Sequence record: OZ346205.1
Length of the DNA: 64,000 nt
Source of the DNA: a phage
Reading direction: 5' to 3' (one strand)
Part shown: positions 35,718 through 46,249 of the stretch, in pieces
Layout of the letters: each line of letters starts with the position of its first letter
How positions within the stretch are numbered: the stretch's first letter is position 1
Program-made: the position numbers and the translations under genes
Notes under the pieces: generated by a model
The model's input: only the letters and a program-made list of their open reading frames with translations
The model's database searches: none
What the model was told of the DNA's origin: nothing

Positions 35718-37841
35718 TCAGCAACCACAACTTCCGTAGTGCTTAACTCGCTCGATAACTTCCGCTTGCTTACCTTTATTGTAAGGACGGGAGTTAGGAC
35801 TGGAAAGGTATCCAGACACACGTCGAATTACACTGATCGTTCCCTCTTCATGGTTTCCACACTCTGGGCATACAAAGCCTTTAGCTGTTGCACTGAACTC
35901 ACCAGAGAAACCACACTTGAGACATTTATCCACAGGTTGGTTAATACCAAAATACATAATGTGTTTATACCCGAAGTCAACAAGAGCCTCTAAAGCATCC
36001 AGGTTGTTTTTCAGGTTAGGTGTTTCTACGTATCCGATGTTGCCACCAGAGGAGATCATAGCAAAACCTTCCTCATACTCCCACTTATCAAAAGGAGAGC
36101 TATTTATCCATACTGGCTGATGGAAACTGTTGGTGAGATATTCATGCTCGTGCTTCAACACTTCCGGATATTCACGATCCAGACAGGTTGCAGCTTTATA
36201 GCATAGACTCTCAGAAGGAGTGCCGTACAAGCTAAATGCTAGTCTACTTTCCTTCTTGTATCGCTCACAAGCATCTCTCATGTGCTGAAGGATTCCAAGA
36301 GCTAAAGCCTTGTCACCCTCTCTGCCCAAAATCTGACAGGTTTCATACACACCGATATACCCAATACTGATGGAAGCGTACCCGTCATAGAAGAGTTTAT
36401 CAATACTCTCTTCAGGATCCAGGCGAGCAAGAGCGCCTTCACACCACATGATGGGGTTCTGCCCTGCCTTTGTTCCTTTTAGACGATTAACCCTTACAAG
36501 GTGAGCCTCGTATGCAAGATCCAAGTATTCGTCAAGAACTGCAAAGAAATCAACACCTTCCGTCTTAGCTTTTGCCGCAATCATTGGCAGGTTAAGGCTA
36601 ACAACGCCTAAGTTAAATCTGCCAAGGTATTTCTCCTCGCCTGTTTCCAAGTCATTGTATTTGCTAAGAAAACTCCTGCAACCCATGCTAGTTACTTTGC
36701 CATCTGTCGAGCCTGTCACTTTTCTATTTAGTGGTACAGATACGAAGTCAGGATAGATACGTTCTGCACAGCATTCCAGAGCTAATCGTTTCAAATCATA
36801 GTTAGGATCCCCAGGGTTCATGTTGACACCCTCTTCCAGGAAGAACAGCACTTTAGGGAACACAGGTGTGATACGTTCTTCACCAAGACCCATTTTGTGG
36901 ACTTTCAGGTAGTTTTTGGTAATCATTCTACCAAAGACCGAGGTATCCAGTCCTAAACTCAATGTGATGAATGGAGTTTGCCCGTTGACAGAAGTTAACG
37001 TGTTGATTTGATAGAGCAAAGTCTGCATGCTGTCAAATACGTCTTTATCTGTCATTTGCATTGCAACAGTTTCAGCATCCGGCAACCAATGTTCCTGGCA
37101 AAATTTAAGGTTCTTCTCATAGGTTGCTTCAGCATACTGTGCCAGATAATGATCAATATGGCTCATAGTCTGACCACCATATTGAGCACTAGCTACCGCA
37201 CTAGAGATTTGGCTAAGGATTGTTGTTGCAACCCCTATTGACTTCGGCTTACTGACATGGGCGTTACCAATGTTGAATCCGTTTTCCAACATATCTGGAT
37301 AATTTACCAAACAACAGTTTGTTAACGGACTGATCAAGTAGTCAAGATCATGCACATGGATGAATCCTTTATTGTGCTCTTCGGAGACACGGTCTGGCAG
37401 GATCTGTGTTGATGCAAGGTGTTTGCTAAGAATACCTGCAAGCAGGTCGCGATGAGTGTGTACATGATTAGTAGGCTTATTTGCGTTTTCTTTTGTAAAT
37501 TCATCACAAGTTCGATCCAAGAAGCCACTAATATCTGCAAGCAGTTTTCCACCTGCCTCTCTGTTATTATCTCTTGTCTGTCTATACTGGATGTATTCTC
37601 TGGCTGCACATTTTAAACCCATATCCATAAGAGCATCTTCAACAAGGATATGGATATTTTTTACAGAGATCGTGCACTGGTCGGTTGGTAGATTGTTAGC
37701 AACAACTTCATTAACCGCGCAGGCGATCCGGTAAGCTTCTTCTTCAGTATGTCCAGACTCAAGTAAGGCGGACTCTGCCGCCTTGATCACCTTAATTCCG
37801 TTATAGAACTCTTCTCTACCGTCCCGTTTTACAACTTTCAC
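35718..37841 (-). CDS. nrdD: anaerobic ribonucleoside-triphosphate reductase (class III)
   Basis: C-terminal Zn site CLKCGF...CPECG and glycyl-radical motif RRVSGY; 707 aa. Confidence 0.9.
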   Translation of the reverse strand: MKVVKRDGREEFYNGIKVIKAAESALLESGHTEEEAYRIACAVNEVVANNLPTDQCTISVKNIHILVEDALMDMGLKCAAREYIQYRQTRDNNREAGGKLLADISGFLDRTCDEFTKENANKPTNHVHTHRDLLAGILSKHLASTQILPDRVSEEHNKGFIHVHDLDYLISPLTNCCLVNYPDMLENGFNIGNAHVSKPKSIGVATTILSQISSAVASAQYGGQTMSHIDHYLAQYAEATYEKNLKFCQEHWLPDAETVAMQMTDKDVFDSMQTLLYQINTLTSVNGQTPFITLSLGLDTSVFGRMITKNYLKVHKMGLGEERITPVFPKVLFFLEEGVNMNPGDPNYDLKRLALECCAERIYPDFVSVPLNRKVTGSTDGKVTSMGCRSFLSKYNDLETGEEKYLGRFNLGVVSLNLPMIAAKAKTEGVDFFAVLDEYLDLAYEAHLVRVNRLKGTKAGQNPIMWCEGALARLDPEESIDKLFYDGYASISIGYIGVYETCQILGREGDKALALGILQHMRDACERYKKESRLAFSLYGTPSESLCYKAATCLDREYPEVLKHEHEYLTNSFHQPVWINSSPFDKWEYEEGFAMISSGGNIGYVETPNLKNNLDALEALVDFGYKHIMYFGINQPVDKCLKCGFSGEFSATAKGFVCPECGNHEEGTISVIRRVSGYLSSPNSRPYNKGKQAEVIERVKHYGSCGC

Positions 37842-38116
37842 TTTTTCTCTCCAAAACCATTCTTAACAAAAGAGATGAAATCGTCGGCACCGCCTATATG
37901 GACACTGTCAAGATCGCTTTCTAAGAAGATCTGTGGCAACGTTCTGGGGACAATTGGACTGCACTTCTCAATAAGCTCTTCTTTTGTGTAGCCCTCGCCA
38001 AGTGTCTTATATACAAAAGGCAGACCTTTGCTGATTGCAAATTCTTTTGCTCTGACACAATGTGGGCAGTTATCCTTACCGTAAATGATGATGAAAAAAG
38101 ATTTTTCGCAGCTCAT
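37838..38116 (-). CDS. glutaredoxin / NrdH-like redoxin
   Basis: CPHC active site in a 92-aa thioredoxin-fold-sized protein between nrdD and nrdB. Confidence 0.7.
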   Translation of the reverse strand: MSCEKSFFIIIYGKDNCPHCVRAKEFAISKGLPFVYKTLGEGYTKEELIEKCSPIVPRTLPQIFLESDLDSVHIGGADDFISFVKNGFGEKK

Positions 38117-38119
38117 ATA

Positions 38120-39208
38120 TTAAAACTCCCAAATTTCTTCTTCAGCGTCGTTAACAGTTGTGTTGACGCGGTAGTCAGTGTTCGACATTTCTTGGTTCGC
38201 CGTCTGTTGTAATGAAGGTTTCATCCACACCTGCATAAACGGTAGCGGGTCCTTTGTTGGCGGCACAAAGTCTTTGTCGATGTCGTAGTAATCATAAATC
38301 GGTGAGCAGTTATAGTCAACCCACTCTTTAAGCAACGGTGAGTTAAGACCTATAATCGCTCTTCCTTCGCTGAAAATATAGTCACTCCAACCGTACTCTT
38401 TGGTTCGTACTTCATCAAGAATCTCTTTTAACTCCCCCTTTATCTCAAGGAAGCTTTTCTCCCATGCGGGATCATTAAGCAAGATATCAATGATGGCAAA
38501 ATCACCTTTCGAATGTAGCATTTCGTCAAGCATGATTTTTTGAACAAGCTGCGCCACCTGAACAAAGATACCCTGTTCAGCTACTGCGAAAGTGCATGCA
38601 AAACTTGCAATAAACTCAATACTTTCCAGAGCTAAAAGCGCAAAAAGCGCTCTAAGAATGCATTTCCGCACAATATCTTCTTCAACACTAGAAGGATCCA
38701 GGCGGTATTTTGCACCAATAACCTCAAGCTCTTGCATGTATTTGACAATAACGCCGGATCTGCTCAGAACGTTTTGGTTTTCCTGAATCTCTTCTATAAT
38801 CTCACGGGCATTGGGGAGGCATTGTCTAACAATCTCTGAGTAAGTTAGTGCGTGAAGAACTTCAATCTCTGACTGTTTCATCAATAGAGTGAAAAGCTCA
38901 CTATTAGTGATGAATGGTGAAAAGAGGCAGATGATCGATCTTGCCGCAACGCTATCAGCCTCCCATTGCCACATCAAGGTCTGCACCATCACGTCATAAG
39001 TTGACTTTGAGCATGTTACAAAATCTGAAATAGATTGCGACAAATCCACTTCATCCTCTGCCCAATCTTGCTCTTTTTGTTTTTTGTATAGTTCAAACAG
39101 TTGTGGATATTTTTTGTTGATAGAGTCGTACATACCCATTTGCTGTCCCAGAAACAGCGGATAGTCACCAGTTTTATGAGCGGTGTTCTCAGCATTAAAT
39201 ACAGCCAT
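38120..39208 (-). CDS. nrdB: ribonucleotide reductase class Ia small subunit
   Basis: Di-iron/tyrosyl radical protein length and C-terminal ...EEEIWEF tail; start moved to ATG 39208 after AGAGGTAG. Confidence 0.85.
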   Translation of the reverse strand: MAVFNAENTAHKTGDYPLFLGQQMGMYDSINKKYPQLFELYKKQKEQDWAEDEVDLSQSISDFVTCSKSTYDVMVQTLMWQWEADSVAARSIICLFSPFITNSELFTLLMKQSEIEVLHALTYSEIVRQCLPNAREIIEEIQENQNVLSRSGVIVKYMQELEVIGAKYRLDPSSVEEDIVRKCILRALFALLALESIEFIASFACTFAVAEQGIFVQVAQLVQKIMLDEMLHSKGDFAIIDILLNDPAWEKSFLEIKGELKEILDEVRTKEYGWSDYIFSEGRAIIGLNSPLLKEWVDYNCSPIYDYYDIDKDFVPPTKDPLPFMQVWMKPSLQQTANQEMSNTDYRVNTTVNDAEEEIWEF

Positions 39209-39246
39209 TATTCTACCTCTAAAATGGGGCCGAAGCCCCTTTAAAA

Positions 39247-41562
39247 TTATAGTGCACAGCTTTCGCAATACGGATCTTCAACTGAACTATCTGCAATCAA
39301 AGGATAGTTCTTTCTGGTTTCATCTTCAGCCTGTTTCTTGGCATGAAGTTCCTCTGCCAAGGAGTCACCAGCACCAACCCTAGAGTTTAAATAATACCAT
39401 GTCTTCATCCCGAATTTAGTGGCACGGATAAGGTACCCTAACTGCTCCTTCATTGAAATTTTACCATCTTTCAACTTGGTGTAGTCTATGTATAAATCCG
39501 CGCTGATTGCCTGACCTGTGAATTTTTGAATCACGGCATACATATCGATCATGTCGTTAGTATCAACGTCCCAAGCCGAGGTGTAATACTCTTTCAACTC
39601 ATCATAGTCAGGAACGATAAACAGCACCTGCCCTTGTGGCGACTTTTTAAAGATAATGTGCTCACGGACAGGATAAACCCCGTTAGTGGTGTTTGTTGCC
39701 AGCGAAGAGCTTTCATTAGGCATATATGCTTCAAGAACGCTATTACGTAGCCCACCATTCTCAATGATTTCTTTACGTAACCCTTCCCAATCCTGTTTAA
39801 GAGAAGGATCTTTCACCACGCTATCGACCTCTTTGTTATAGGTGTCGATTGGTAACCAACCTTCTGGATATTTTGTTTTATGCATCCACTCGCAGACACC
39901 ACGCTCTTTTGCCAACCGTAAACTTGCCTTATGCAAGCTGTAGCTGTGAAGTTCTGCAAGATCGTGAACGAGCTGTTTACTTTCAGGAGACCCGTAAGTA
40001 ACCTTGTGGCTGGCAATAAAATGTGCAACATTGGTAAGGCCAACCCCGATGGATCTGCGTTTTTTAACTGTGCTTTCCATATTTTCATACGGATATGTCA
40101 TGATTTCCATAACATTGTCAATCATAAGCACCGTATAGTATGCAACATCCTCATACTCCTCTGGAGTAACCCTCCCAGCTACAAGAGATGACAGGAAGCA
40201 CAATGCAACCTCTCCATCATCAGCATCGTACTTGAAGATATTACGCATATCTGAATAGCCTTTTGTCGGGAGGGCTATTTCTGCACACAGGTTGCTTGAA
40301 TAGATCACATCTTTAAAAGGTGTATGTCTATTCATCTCATCTGTCCAGTATACGTACAGCCTTCCCACCTCAGTGCGCTGCGTGATCAGTTCAACAGCAA
40401 GATCTCTAGCTCGGATCCATGTTTTAGGAATACTGTCATCTTTAGCAATACGATCAACCTCTGCATCAAACTCCTCCATAGACATGGTGAAGATACCCTC
40501 ATGCAGTTGAGGCGCGTGCTTATAAGAAACAAGCATCCAATCTAAATTCTTAGCCACACGGTTGATAAACGACCTATTAATACCGATGGAGTAGTCCATG
40601 GTGTTGATTCTTTTTGAAGCAACAGTCATAGGGTTTCTCAAACGGATTAGCTCATCAATCTGCGGGTCCAGTGCAAGGAATGATACTGTTGCAGAACCAC
40701 CACGTGATTGTTGTCTGTTCTCCTTAACCCCAGCATCAATACCTCGATAATATGGAATCTTACCCATATGTTTAATAGTGTTACCACGAACACCATCGCC
40801 TGCAGATCTTGAGGATAAGTAGTAGCCGATACCTGCTTGGTTAACCGTCATTGTGTACGCAACTTCACGTGCCACACCAATAGATTTTGCTGTATCGTCA
40901 GCTTTTATTACACAACAAGATGCATACCCTGTCTTACCTGTGCGCAGCCCGTTTAAGTACGGTGTTGGGGCATTGATCTTTAAGTCGGACAGATAAGTGT
41001 ATAATTTTACAACATCGTTGATACGACGTTCTTTCGGCATATTCTTCATGACAGCCATTGCTATCCCCATAAACATCATCTGGGGAGATTCAAACAAGGT
41101 GTCTTTAAGAGTATCCTTGATCCCGTATTTGTCGCGAAACTGTTTAAGGACTGCATAGCCATAACCGAGATCTTTACTGTGGTCAATAACAGCGTCTAAA
41201 GTGTTTAGCTCGGTAAAGCTATAACCCATATCCTCCCAATAACCTTTCTCAACCATGTCATTGTAAAATGATGGTAAGGAAGGGATCTTTGTAAACCCTC
41301 CAAAAGCCTCTTTATAGATCTGACCAATAAGAACACGACCAGCCATACGGGAATGTGCTTCGTCTTTACGGCTAACACAAGAGTCTATAATAGCTTGGTT
41401 AACTTCTTTGGTTGTACATCCATCATACAACCGCTTGTAGGCATCCAGTGCAATATGTGACCAATTGCCGTTACCATCGTCACCGAAAATAGCTGCCTTA
41501 TTTAAACGTTCTGGATCGAATGCCACTTCACATCCGTTGCTTTTAATTACCTTGGTGATCAA
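39247..41562 (-). CDS. nrdA: ribonucleotide reductase class Ia large subunit
   Basis: N-terminal ATP-cone (VIKSNGCEVAFDPERL); 771 aa. Confidence 0.9.
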   Translation of the reverse strand: MITKVIKSNGCEVAFDPERLNKAAIFGDDGNGNWSHIALDAYKRLYDGCTTKEVNQAIIDSCVSRKDEAHSRMAGRVLIGQIYKEAFGGFTKIPSLPSFYNDMVEKGYWEDMGYSFTELNTLDAVIDHSKDLGYGYAVLKQFRDKYGIKDTLKDTLFESPQMMFMGIAMAVMKNMPKERRINDVVKLYTYLSDLKINAPTPYLNGLRTGKTGYASCCVIKADDTAKSIGVAREVAYTMTVNQAGIGYYLSSRSAGDGVRGNTIKHMGKIPYYRGIDAGVKENRQQSRGGSATVSFLALDPQIDELIRLRNPMTVASKRINTMDYSIGINRSFINRVAKNLDWMLVSYKHAPQLHEGIFTMSMEEFDAEVDRIAKDDSIPKTWIRARDLAVELITQRTEVGRLYVYWTDEMNRHTPFKDVIYSSNLCAEIALPTKGYSDMRNIFKYDADDGEVALCFLSSLVAGRVTPEEYEDVAYYTVLMIDNVMEIMTYPYENMESTVKKRRSIGVGLTNVAHFIASHKVTYGSPESKQLVHDLAELHSYSLHKASLRLAKERGVCEWMHKTKYPEGWLPIDTYNKEVDSVVKDPSLKQDWEGLRKEIIENGGLRNSVLEAYMPNESSSLATNTTNGVYPVREHIIFKKSPQGQVLFIVPDYDELKEYYTSAWDVDTNDMIDMYAVIQKFTGQAISADLYIDYTKLKDGKISMKEQLGYLIRATKFGMKTWYYLNSRVGAGDSLAEELHAKKQAEDETRKNYPLIADSSVEDPYCESCAL

Positions 41563-41789
41563 TTTGCTTCCTCCACTTCACTAACGTATTTATCAAGGCA
41601 GGTATCAGTATCTTGCTGGATAAAAGTATCCTCTTCTACAGAGATATTTATAATTTTACCTGTATACTCGTCATAATAGACATCATCATACATTTTAATA
41701 TCGTTTGTCAGGCCATTGAACCAAAGCCAACCAACATACTCTGCCCGACTTGCAAAACCAAGATCCTTCCACTTGGAGTTATGACTCAT
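41559..41789 (-). CDS. hypothetical protein
   Basis: ORF 41559..41867; start moved to ATG 41789 after AAGGTGGTG. Confidence 0.45.
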   Translation of the reverse strand: MSHNSKWKDLGFASRAEYVGWLWFNGLTNDIKMYDDVYYDEYTGKIINISVEEDTFIQQDTDTCLDKYVSEVEEAN

Positions 41790-41799
41790 CTTCACCACC

Positions 41800-42300
41800 T
41801 TAGCTTTCAATACCGAATAATTTTTCCAGGCGATGCAGATCTTCAAAATTGAAAGGTTCATCAACAATATGAATATCTTCAGCCTTTTCAGATTGTTTTG
41901 TATACTTTCTTACATTAACACGATCCTCTACGGGGATATCATACGGGAGATCTTGAACAAGCATTGCCTCACCAGGTGCTTTATCTACATCTAAAATATC
42001 TACACCGTTATACATTTGTGGGTATCTAAAGTCTGCACGCATGACACCAGCAAATACATCTGCCTTTCGATAATGTGTTGGCTTATTTTTGCATCGAACG
42101 TTTTTTCCACGAAGAACATCAATACTTTTTAAATCAAACCCTACGGCAAAGAGTGCAGCTCGGAGACCGTTTCGTGTGCGAACGTTAAACCCGGGGACGG
42201 TAGATAGAAAATCTAAAGTAACTGAAATAAATGTCTTTTTAGGAATCATAACATTACTCATATCTGTCTCCATTTCTGGCTCACCAACAAAGTGAGCCAT
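41800..42300 (-). CDS. hypothetical protein
   Basis: ORF track, 166 aa. Confidence 0.5.
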   Translation of the reverse strand: MAHFVGEPEMETDMSNVMIPKKTFISVTLDFLSTVPGFNVRTRNGLRAALFAVGFDLKSIDVLRGKNVRCKNKPTHYRKADVFAGVMRADFRYPQMYNGVDILDVDKAPGEAMLVQDLPYDIPVEDRVNVRKYTKQSEKAEDIHIVDEPFNFEDLHRLEKLFGIES

Positions 42301-42359
42301 TATTATAGATTATCTAATACTATTAGTCAACACAAAAGTTACCTATCGCTGTGATAGGA

Positions 42360-43343
42360 TTAACCTTTCACGAAGTGGTTATTAAGCAGTTGTCTGTGCT
42401 GAACCCACCCACAAAAGTTGGCAGACCAGAATTTACCATCACGGTCTTGATGGGTTACACCTTCCTGCCAAGTACTGATGTCTTGTGTGATTTCACATGA
42501 AGACAGGTAGTAGTTTAAACGTTCCATTGCGTTATCGTGATCCATAGGTGTTGCCTGGTGCTCGTAAGGGCTTGCATGAATACGATCCCCACCAATCAAT
42601 TTTTTAGCCACACTATCTGCCTTTTCAAACGTGCTGTCAATATTTCGATAAGATACTTGTGCACAGCAACTAGCACTGATAGACAGAGCTTCTTTAGTAT
42701 CGAGAATGCAGAGCTTTCCTTCTGTGTCACGTACAGCGTAGTTAAACTCTCCGTCCAAATAAACGTGCTCTACATATGGGGTGTGCCATTGACCCGGTTT
42801 AAGGATTTCAGGAGTGCTATTCTCAAGAGCCTCCCACATACAATTAGCTAACATCTGAATCGTAGGATCCGCATCGTGCCAGCAACGGAGGTGGAAAAAA
42901 TTATTCCACTCGGTGCTTGTTACAACTGTTTTCATGCGCTGGAACGGCTCCACTAAGCGGTTACATACTTGCTTATGGTAACCAGCAAGGGCGAACTTCT
43001 CTGCATGCCAAGCGGCGTTTTTTGCAGCTTCTTTCCAAAACTCTTCAGGAGTTAGCTCCATGTCAGTGTACTCTACACGGATCTTTTGATCGTGTTCCCC
43101 ACCATCTTCCATTCCTCGCTTATTTACACCGAAGCGAACTGGCATTGCCGGATTCTCCACAATCTGTTGCAGCATCTTGCCGACAGGTACTGCACGGGAA
43201 GACATGGCGTTTCGGCTGAACACTCGGTGCGTCATAAGCTCTGAGTGAATAATTCGAGGATACTCTAGTTCAAAAGTGGTGATACGCTTACCTTTCTCGG
43301 AAATGCTGTCAGCAATAATCTTTGCAGTGCACAGTTTTAGCAT
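42360..43343 (-). CDS. thyX: flavin-dependent thymidylate synthase
   Basis: ThyX motif ELMTHRVFSRNAMSSRAV. Confidence 0.8.
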   Translation of the reverse strand: MLKLCTAKIIADSISEKGKRITTFELEYPRIIHSELMTHRVFSRNAMSSRAVPVGKMLQQIVENPAMPVRFGVNKRGMEDGGEHDQKIRVEYTDMELTPEEFWKEAAKNAAWHAEKFALAGYHKQVCNRLVEPFQRMKTVVTSTEWNNFFHLRCWHDADPTIQMLANCMWEALENSTPEILKPGQWHTPYVEHVYLDGEFNYAVRDTEGKLCILDTKEALSISASCCAQVSYRNIDSTFEKADSVAKKLIGGDRIHASPYEHQATPMDHDNAMERLNYYLSSCEITQDISTWQEGVTHQDRDGKFWSANFCGWVQHRQLLNNHFVKG

Positions 43344-43543
43344 TATTTAGCTCTCCTTGTTTTAATTTTGGAAATTTCGTCTGGGTTTATGTTGGCCTTA
43401 AATGCAAGGTATCTGTTGAACATGTCAGAGCACATATCTTGGGTGATCCTAGAGGCATACACTAGCTTACCTCCTAGATCATACACCTCTAGCCAGTCAC
43501 CGTATCTGACTACAGGATCGCCACCTTTAGAACATCTGCCCAT
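43343..43543 (-). CDS. hypothetical protein
   Basis: ORF track. Confidence 0.45.
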   Translation of the reverse strand: MGRCSKGGDPVVRYGDWLEVYDLGGKLVYASRITQDMCSDMFNRYLAFKANINPDEISKIKTRRAK

Positions 43544-43544
43544 T

Positions 43545-44138
43545 TCAAATACCTTCTAAAAATTTTCCTATTTTATACCAGCTATTAGCGGTATAGTCAA
43601 CACTGACCTTTAACTCCTCGAATTGCTCATAAGGCGTATCTTTTAGGATTTTAATAACTTCAGGTCGTGAAGCGAATTGGTTCAGGTATTCATGCCTGTC
43701 GTCAATTATAACATCTACAGCCACATTCCCTTTGAAATGTGTGGCGTAGAAGCCGTGGCCCTGGGTGTGATCGTCCAGATCCATAAAATCACTGGTCCAA
43801 CGCTTTAAGAACCTTGATTTAGATGCAAGGTGACCTTTCTTGCATACCGAGATAAATGCAAGCTTGTGACCACGAGCCACCAAATCTTTCATAACCTCAA
43901 TAGCCCCCTCTTCAGGCTTAAGGAAGTCGTAGAGGAACGGATCACTCCAGAAATCAAAAGGTCCTATGATGTTTTCTTTGGGACGATCAGGCCAATACTT
44001 TGACAGATCGTAATACATTAGCCCATTAGAAGGTTTAGCTACTGTCTTACTGGCTGGACCATACAAACGCTCCAACCACTCCCACCATGCTGTTCCTGAA
44101 TCTACCAGTGTCAAATCTACATCAATTCCGATTAACAT
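43545..44138 (-). CDS. HAD-family phosphatase (possible 5'-deoxyribonucleotidase)
   Basis: N-terminal IGIDVDLTL (DxDxT) motif. Confidence 0.5.
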   Translation of the reverse strand: MLIGIDVDLTLVDSGTAWWEWLERLYGPASKTVAKPSNGLMYYDLSKYWPDRPKENIIGPFDFWSDPFLYDFLKPEEGAIEVMKDLVARGHKLAFISVCKKGHLASKSRFLKRWTSDFMDLDDHTQGHGFYATHFKGNVAVDVIIDDRHEYLNQFASRPEVIKILKDTPYEQFEELKVSVDYTANSWYKIGKFLEGI

Positions 44139-44749
44139 TCTTCTTGGGCCTCTTTAGCATCAATATACTTGAACACAATCTCCGATGCACACTCCCAAGG
44201 TGCACCTTCAGGGTTTACAACATCAAACTCAACCCCTTTTATTCCGTTCTTTTCCAGACTTAGATAGGTTCTGGAATCATTTCCCCAGTCATATCCTACA
44301 CGGTGAATACGGAACAACAACAGATCTCCACCTGTGCTGTATGCGTACTCGCTAAGGCATGCCAGCTCCTCTTTGAATCCACCATCGGAGTAAACAACAG
44401 CCCCTTTACCTTCAGGGAAATCTTTCTTCAAAGATGCGACTGCGGCTTTACCGAAAGCATCTTCACCAAAGATAGGTTTAATCAGATTTTCACTACAATG
44501 GATCATCCATTCTCGCGGAGAAACATGCTTGCCGTCTATCATTAAGAAAGGGCAAGGCTCTTCTTTGTAGTGGCGGTCATAAAGTGCATTCCAGAGTTGA
44601 GGAGTTACACCAGCTGCCTTAATTGCCACACTGAAGAGCATCTCCTTAACCTCACGGTGGTGTGAGTTAGGAATAGCTTCCAACAAGAGATCTGCAATGT
44701 GATCCTTACCACTGCTAGGTGGGGCGTTAAGAACAATAATATCCATCAA
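44132..44749 (-). CDS. P-loop nucleotide kinase (possible dNMP kinase)
   Basis: N-terminal LNAPPSSGKD P-loop like T4 gp1 ...SGKD. Confidence 0.45.
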   Translation of the reverse strand: MMDIIVLNAPPSSGKDHIADLLLEAIPNSHHREVKEMLFSVAIKAAGVTPQLWNALYDRHYKEEPCPFLMIDGKHVSPREWMIHCSENLIKPIFGEDAFGKAAVASLKKDFPEGKGAVVYSDGGFKEELACLSEYAYSTGGDLLLFRIHRVGYDWGNDSRTYLSLEKNGIKGVEFDVVNPEGAPWECASEIVFKYIDAKEAQEEC

Positions 44750-44949
44750 AAACCTCCGTGGTATTCTTCAACTGCATCAATAATACTTTTACACTTATCT
44801 ACCAGCTCGTTAGCCACTACAGCATCGTCTTCCCAAACAGCTTCCTCAATCTGATCAAGCAATGATCGCATCTTACCCATCATTTCTGGGATAAAGTTTT
44901 CTGAAAAGCTGTCTGGAATTGTTAACTTTAGTGTCATTGTGGTCTCCAA
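44746..44949 (-). CDS. hypothetical protein
   Basis: ORF track. Confidence 0.45.
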   Translation of the reverse strand: METTMTLKLTIPDSFSENFIPEMMGKMRSLLDQIEEAVWEDDAVVANELVDKCKSIIDAVEEYHGGF

Positions 44950-44964
44950 TCATACTATGCGTTA

Positions 44965-45423
44965 TTAGAAGTTTGTTTTTACACGTCCCTTCTCATCAAC
45001 CTCGTTGTTAGCTAAAAGCGTTACAAAGTCTGTGAAACGAACATGAAGAACCCTTTTCTTATCAAGGTATCCTAAAGCCACCCCTGAGAAATTTAGCATC
45101 AAAGGGGCTAAAGAAGCTCTGGCACTGAAATGCTGTTGTTCTACCCTTCCAACACCCTTAGTGTAGGATGGGTTAAGATTGTAAGTTCTGAATCCCAGTT
45201 TTGTTGGAGCTTTAGAATTAAAAACGACTTTATAGCGTTTCTTACTCAACTTATGCTCCAGGATAAGCATTCCCTTATCACCTTTGATAAGTTGAAAATC
45301 TGTAAAGTGCTCTTTTAAGACGAAAGGTAGTGCCAGTCCCATCGCCTGTCCTCTTTGTACCGCTGTCTCACCAAAAGCTTTTGCATCAGTAAGTTCTTTG
45401 GTCAAGTCTATGCTTTTGATCAT
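44965..45423 (-). CDS. hypothetical protein
   Basis: ORF track. Confidence 0.5.
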   Translation of the reverse strand: MIKSIDLTKELTDAKAFGETAVQRGQAMGLALPFVLKEHFTDFQLIKGDKGMLILEHKLSKKRYKVVFNSKAPTKLGFRTYNLNPSYTKGVGRVEQQHFSARASLAPLMLNFSGVALGYLDKKRVLHVRFTDFVTLLANNEVDEKGRVKTNF

Positions 45424-46234
45424 ACCTGGTCTCCAAAATGTATTGTAGTTCTTTCTTACCTATACTCTTCATTCCAGCAGTCTTACCTGCTTCTTCTTGA
45501 AAAGAAGAATAGCATTCAGCAAACACTCTGTCAACACCGTTAACTAAAGATTTTATGAAATATGTTGATTCTTCAGATTTTGGGTCATCATCCCCCAATA
45601 CTTTTCCAGCATTATACCCAACACGTCTTACACAGAAGTCGTAGTCATCTGGTGTGCTAAAAGAAAATAACTTATTCTCTCCAATCTCTACAGGATCCCT
45701 ATTGCACGCCTTTTTCTCCCAAATTTGGAAAACACATGGCACGTCATAAGGTTTGCCATTAAGTAAAAACGAATTCTTAGGGCACCTTTCGCTGTAGACA
45801 AGGTGCATCGACATGTCCAGTTTGTTTGCAAAAAATATTTTTTCAAATGTCCGTGGCAAGATGAAGGCTATAGCCCCTCCAAGCTCTAGCAATGATGCAC
45901 AATGGTTAAAGAATTTGCAAGCTAAGGATGAATTCTTGCCAAATGGTGGGTTACCTATGAAGACATCTGCCTTGGGATGCACCTCCAAGAAGTTTGCCTG
46001 AATGCACGGTGTTGGTCCTTCAAATTCAGGATCTGGTACTAAATCGTACGACAGTATCTCTGAAAATAGTTTTGAAAAAGAACCCCTTCCAGCAGAAGGC
46101 TCAACGTATGCACAATTCCCATACTTATCTTTTACTTTACCAACAAGATATTCTGCATACTCAGGGTTTGTGTAGTATTTGTCGTTGGACTCTTTCTTGC
46201 TCAAAGTGCCTCCAAAAGGAAAAGGGAGGCGCAA
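45386..46234 (-). CDS. DNA N6-adenine methyltransferase
   Basis: Motif I VEPSAGRGSF, motif IV FIGNPPFG. Confidence 0.6.
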   Translation of the reverse strand: MRLPFPFGGTLSKKESNDKYYTNPEYAEYLVGKVKDKYGNCAYVEPSAGRGSFSKLFSEILSYDLVPDPEFEGPTPCIQANFLEVHPKADVFIGNPPFGKNSSLACKFFNHCASLLELGGAIAFILPRTFEKIFFANKLDMSMHLVYSERCPKNSFLLNGKPYDVPCVFQIWEKKACNRDPVEIGENKLFSFSTPDDYDFCVRRVGYNAGKVLGDDDPKSEESTYFIKSLVNGVDRVFAECYSSFQEEAGKTAGMKSIGKKELQYILETRYDQKHRLDQRTY

Positions 46235-46249
46235 GCCTCCCTATAATTG

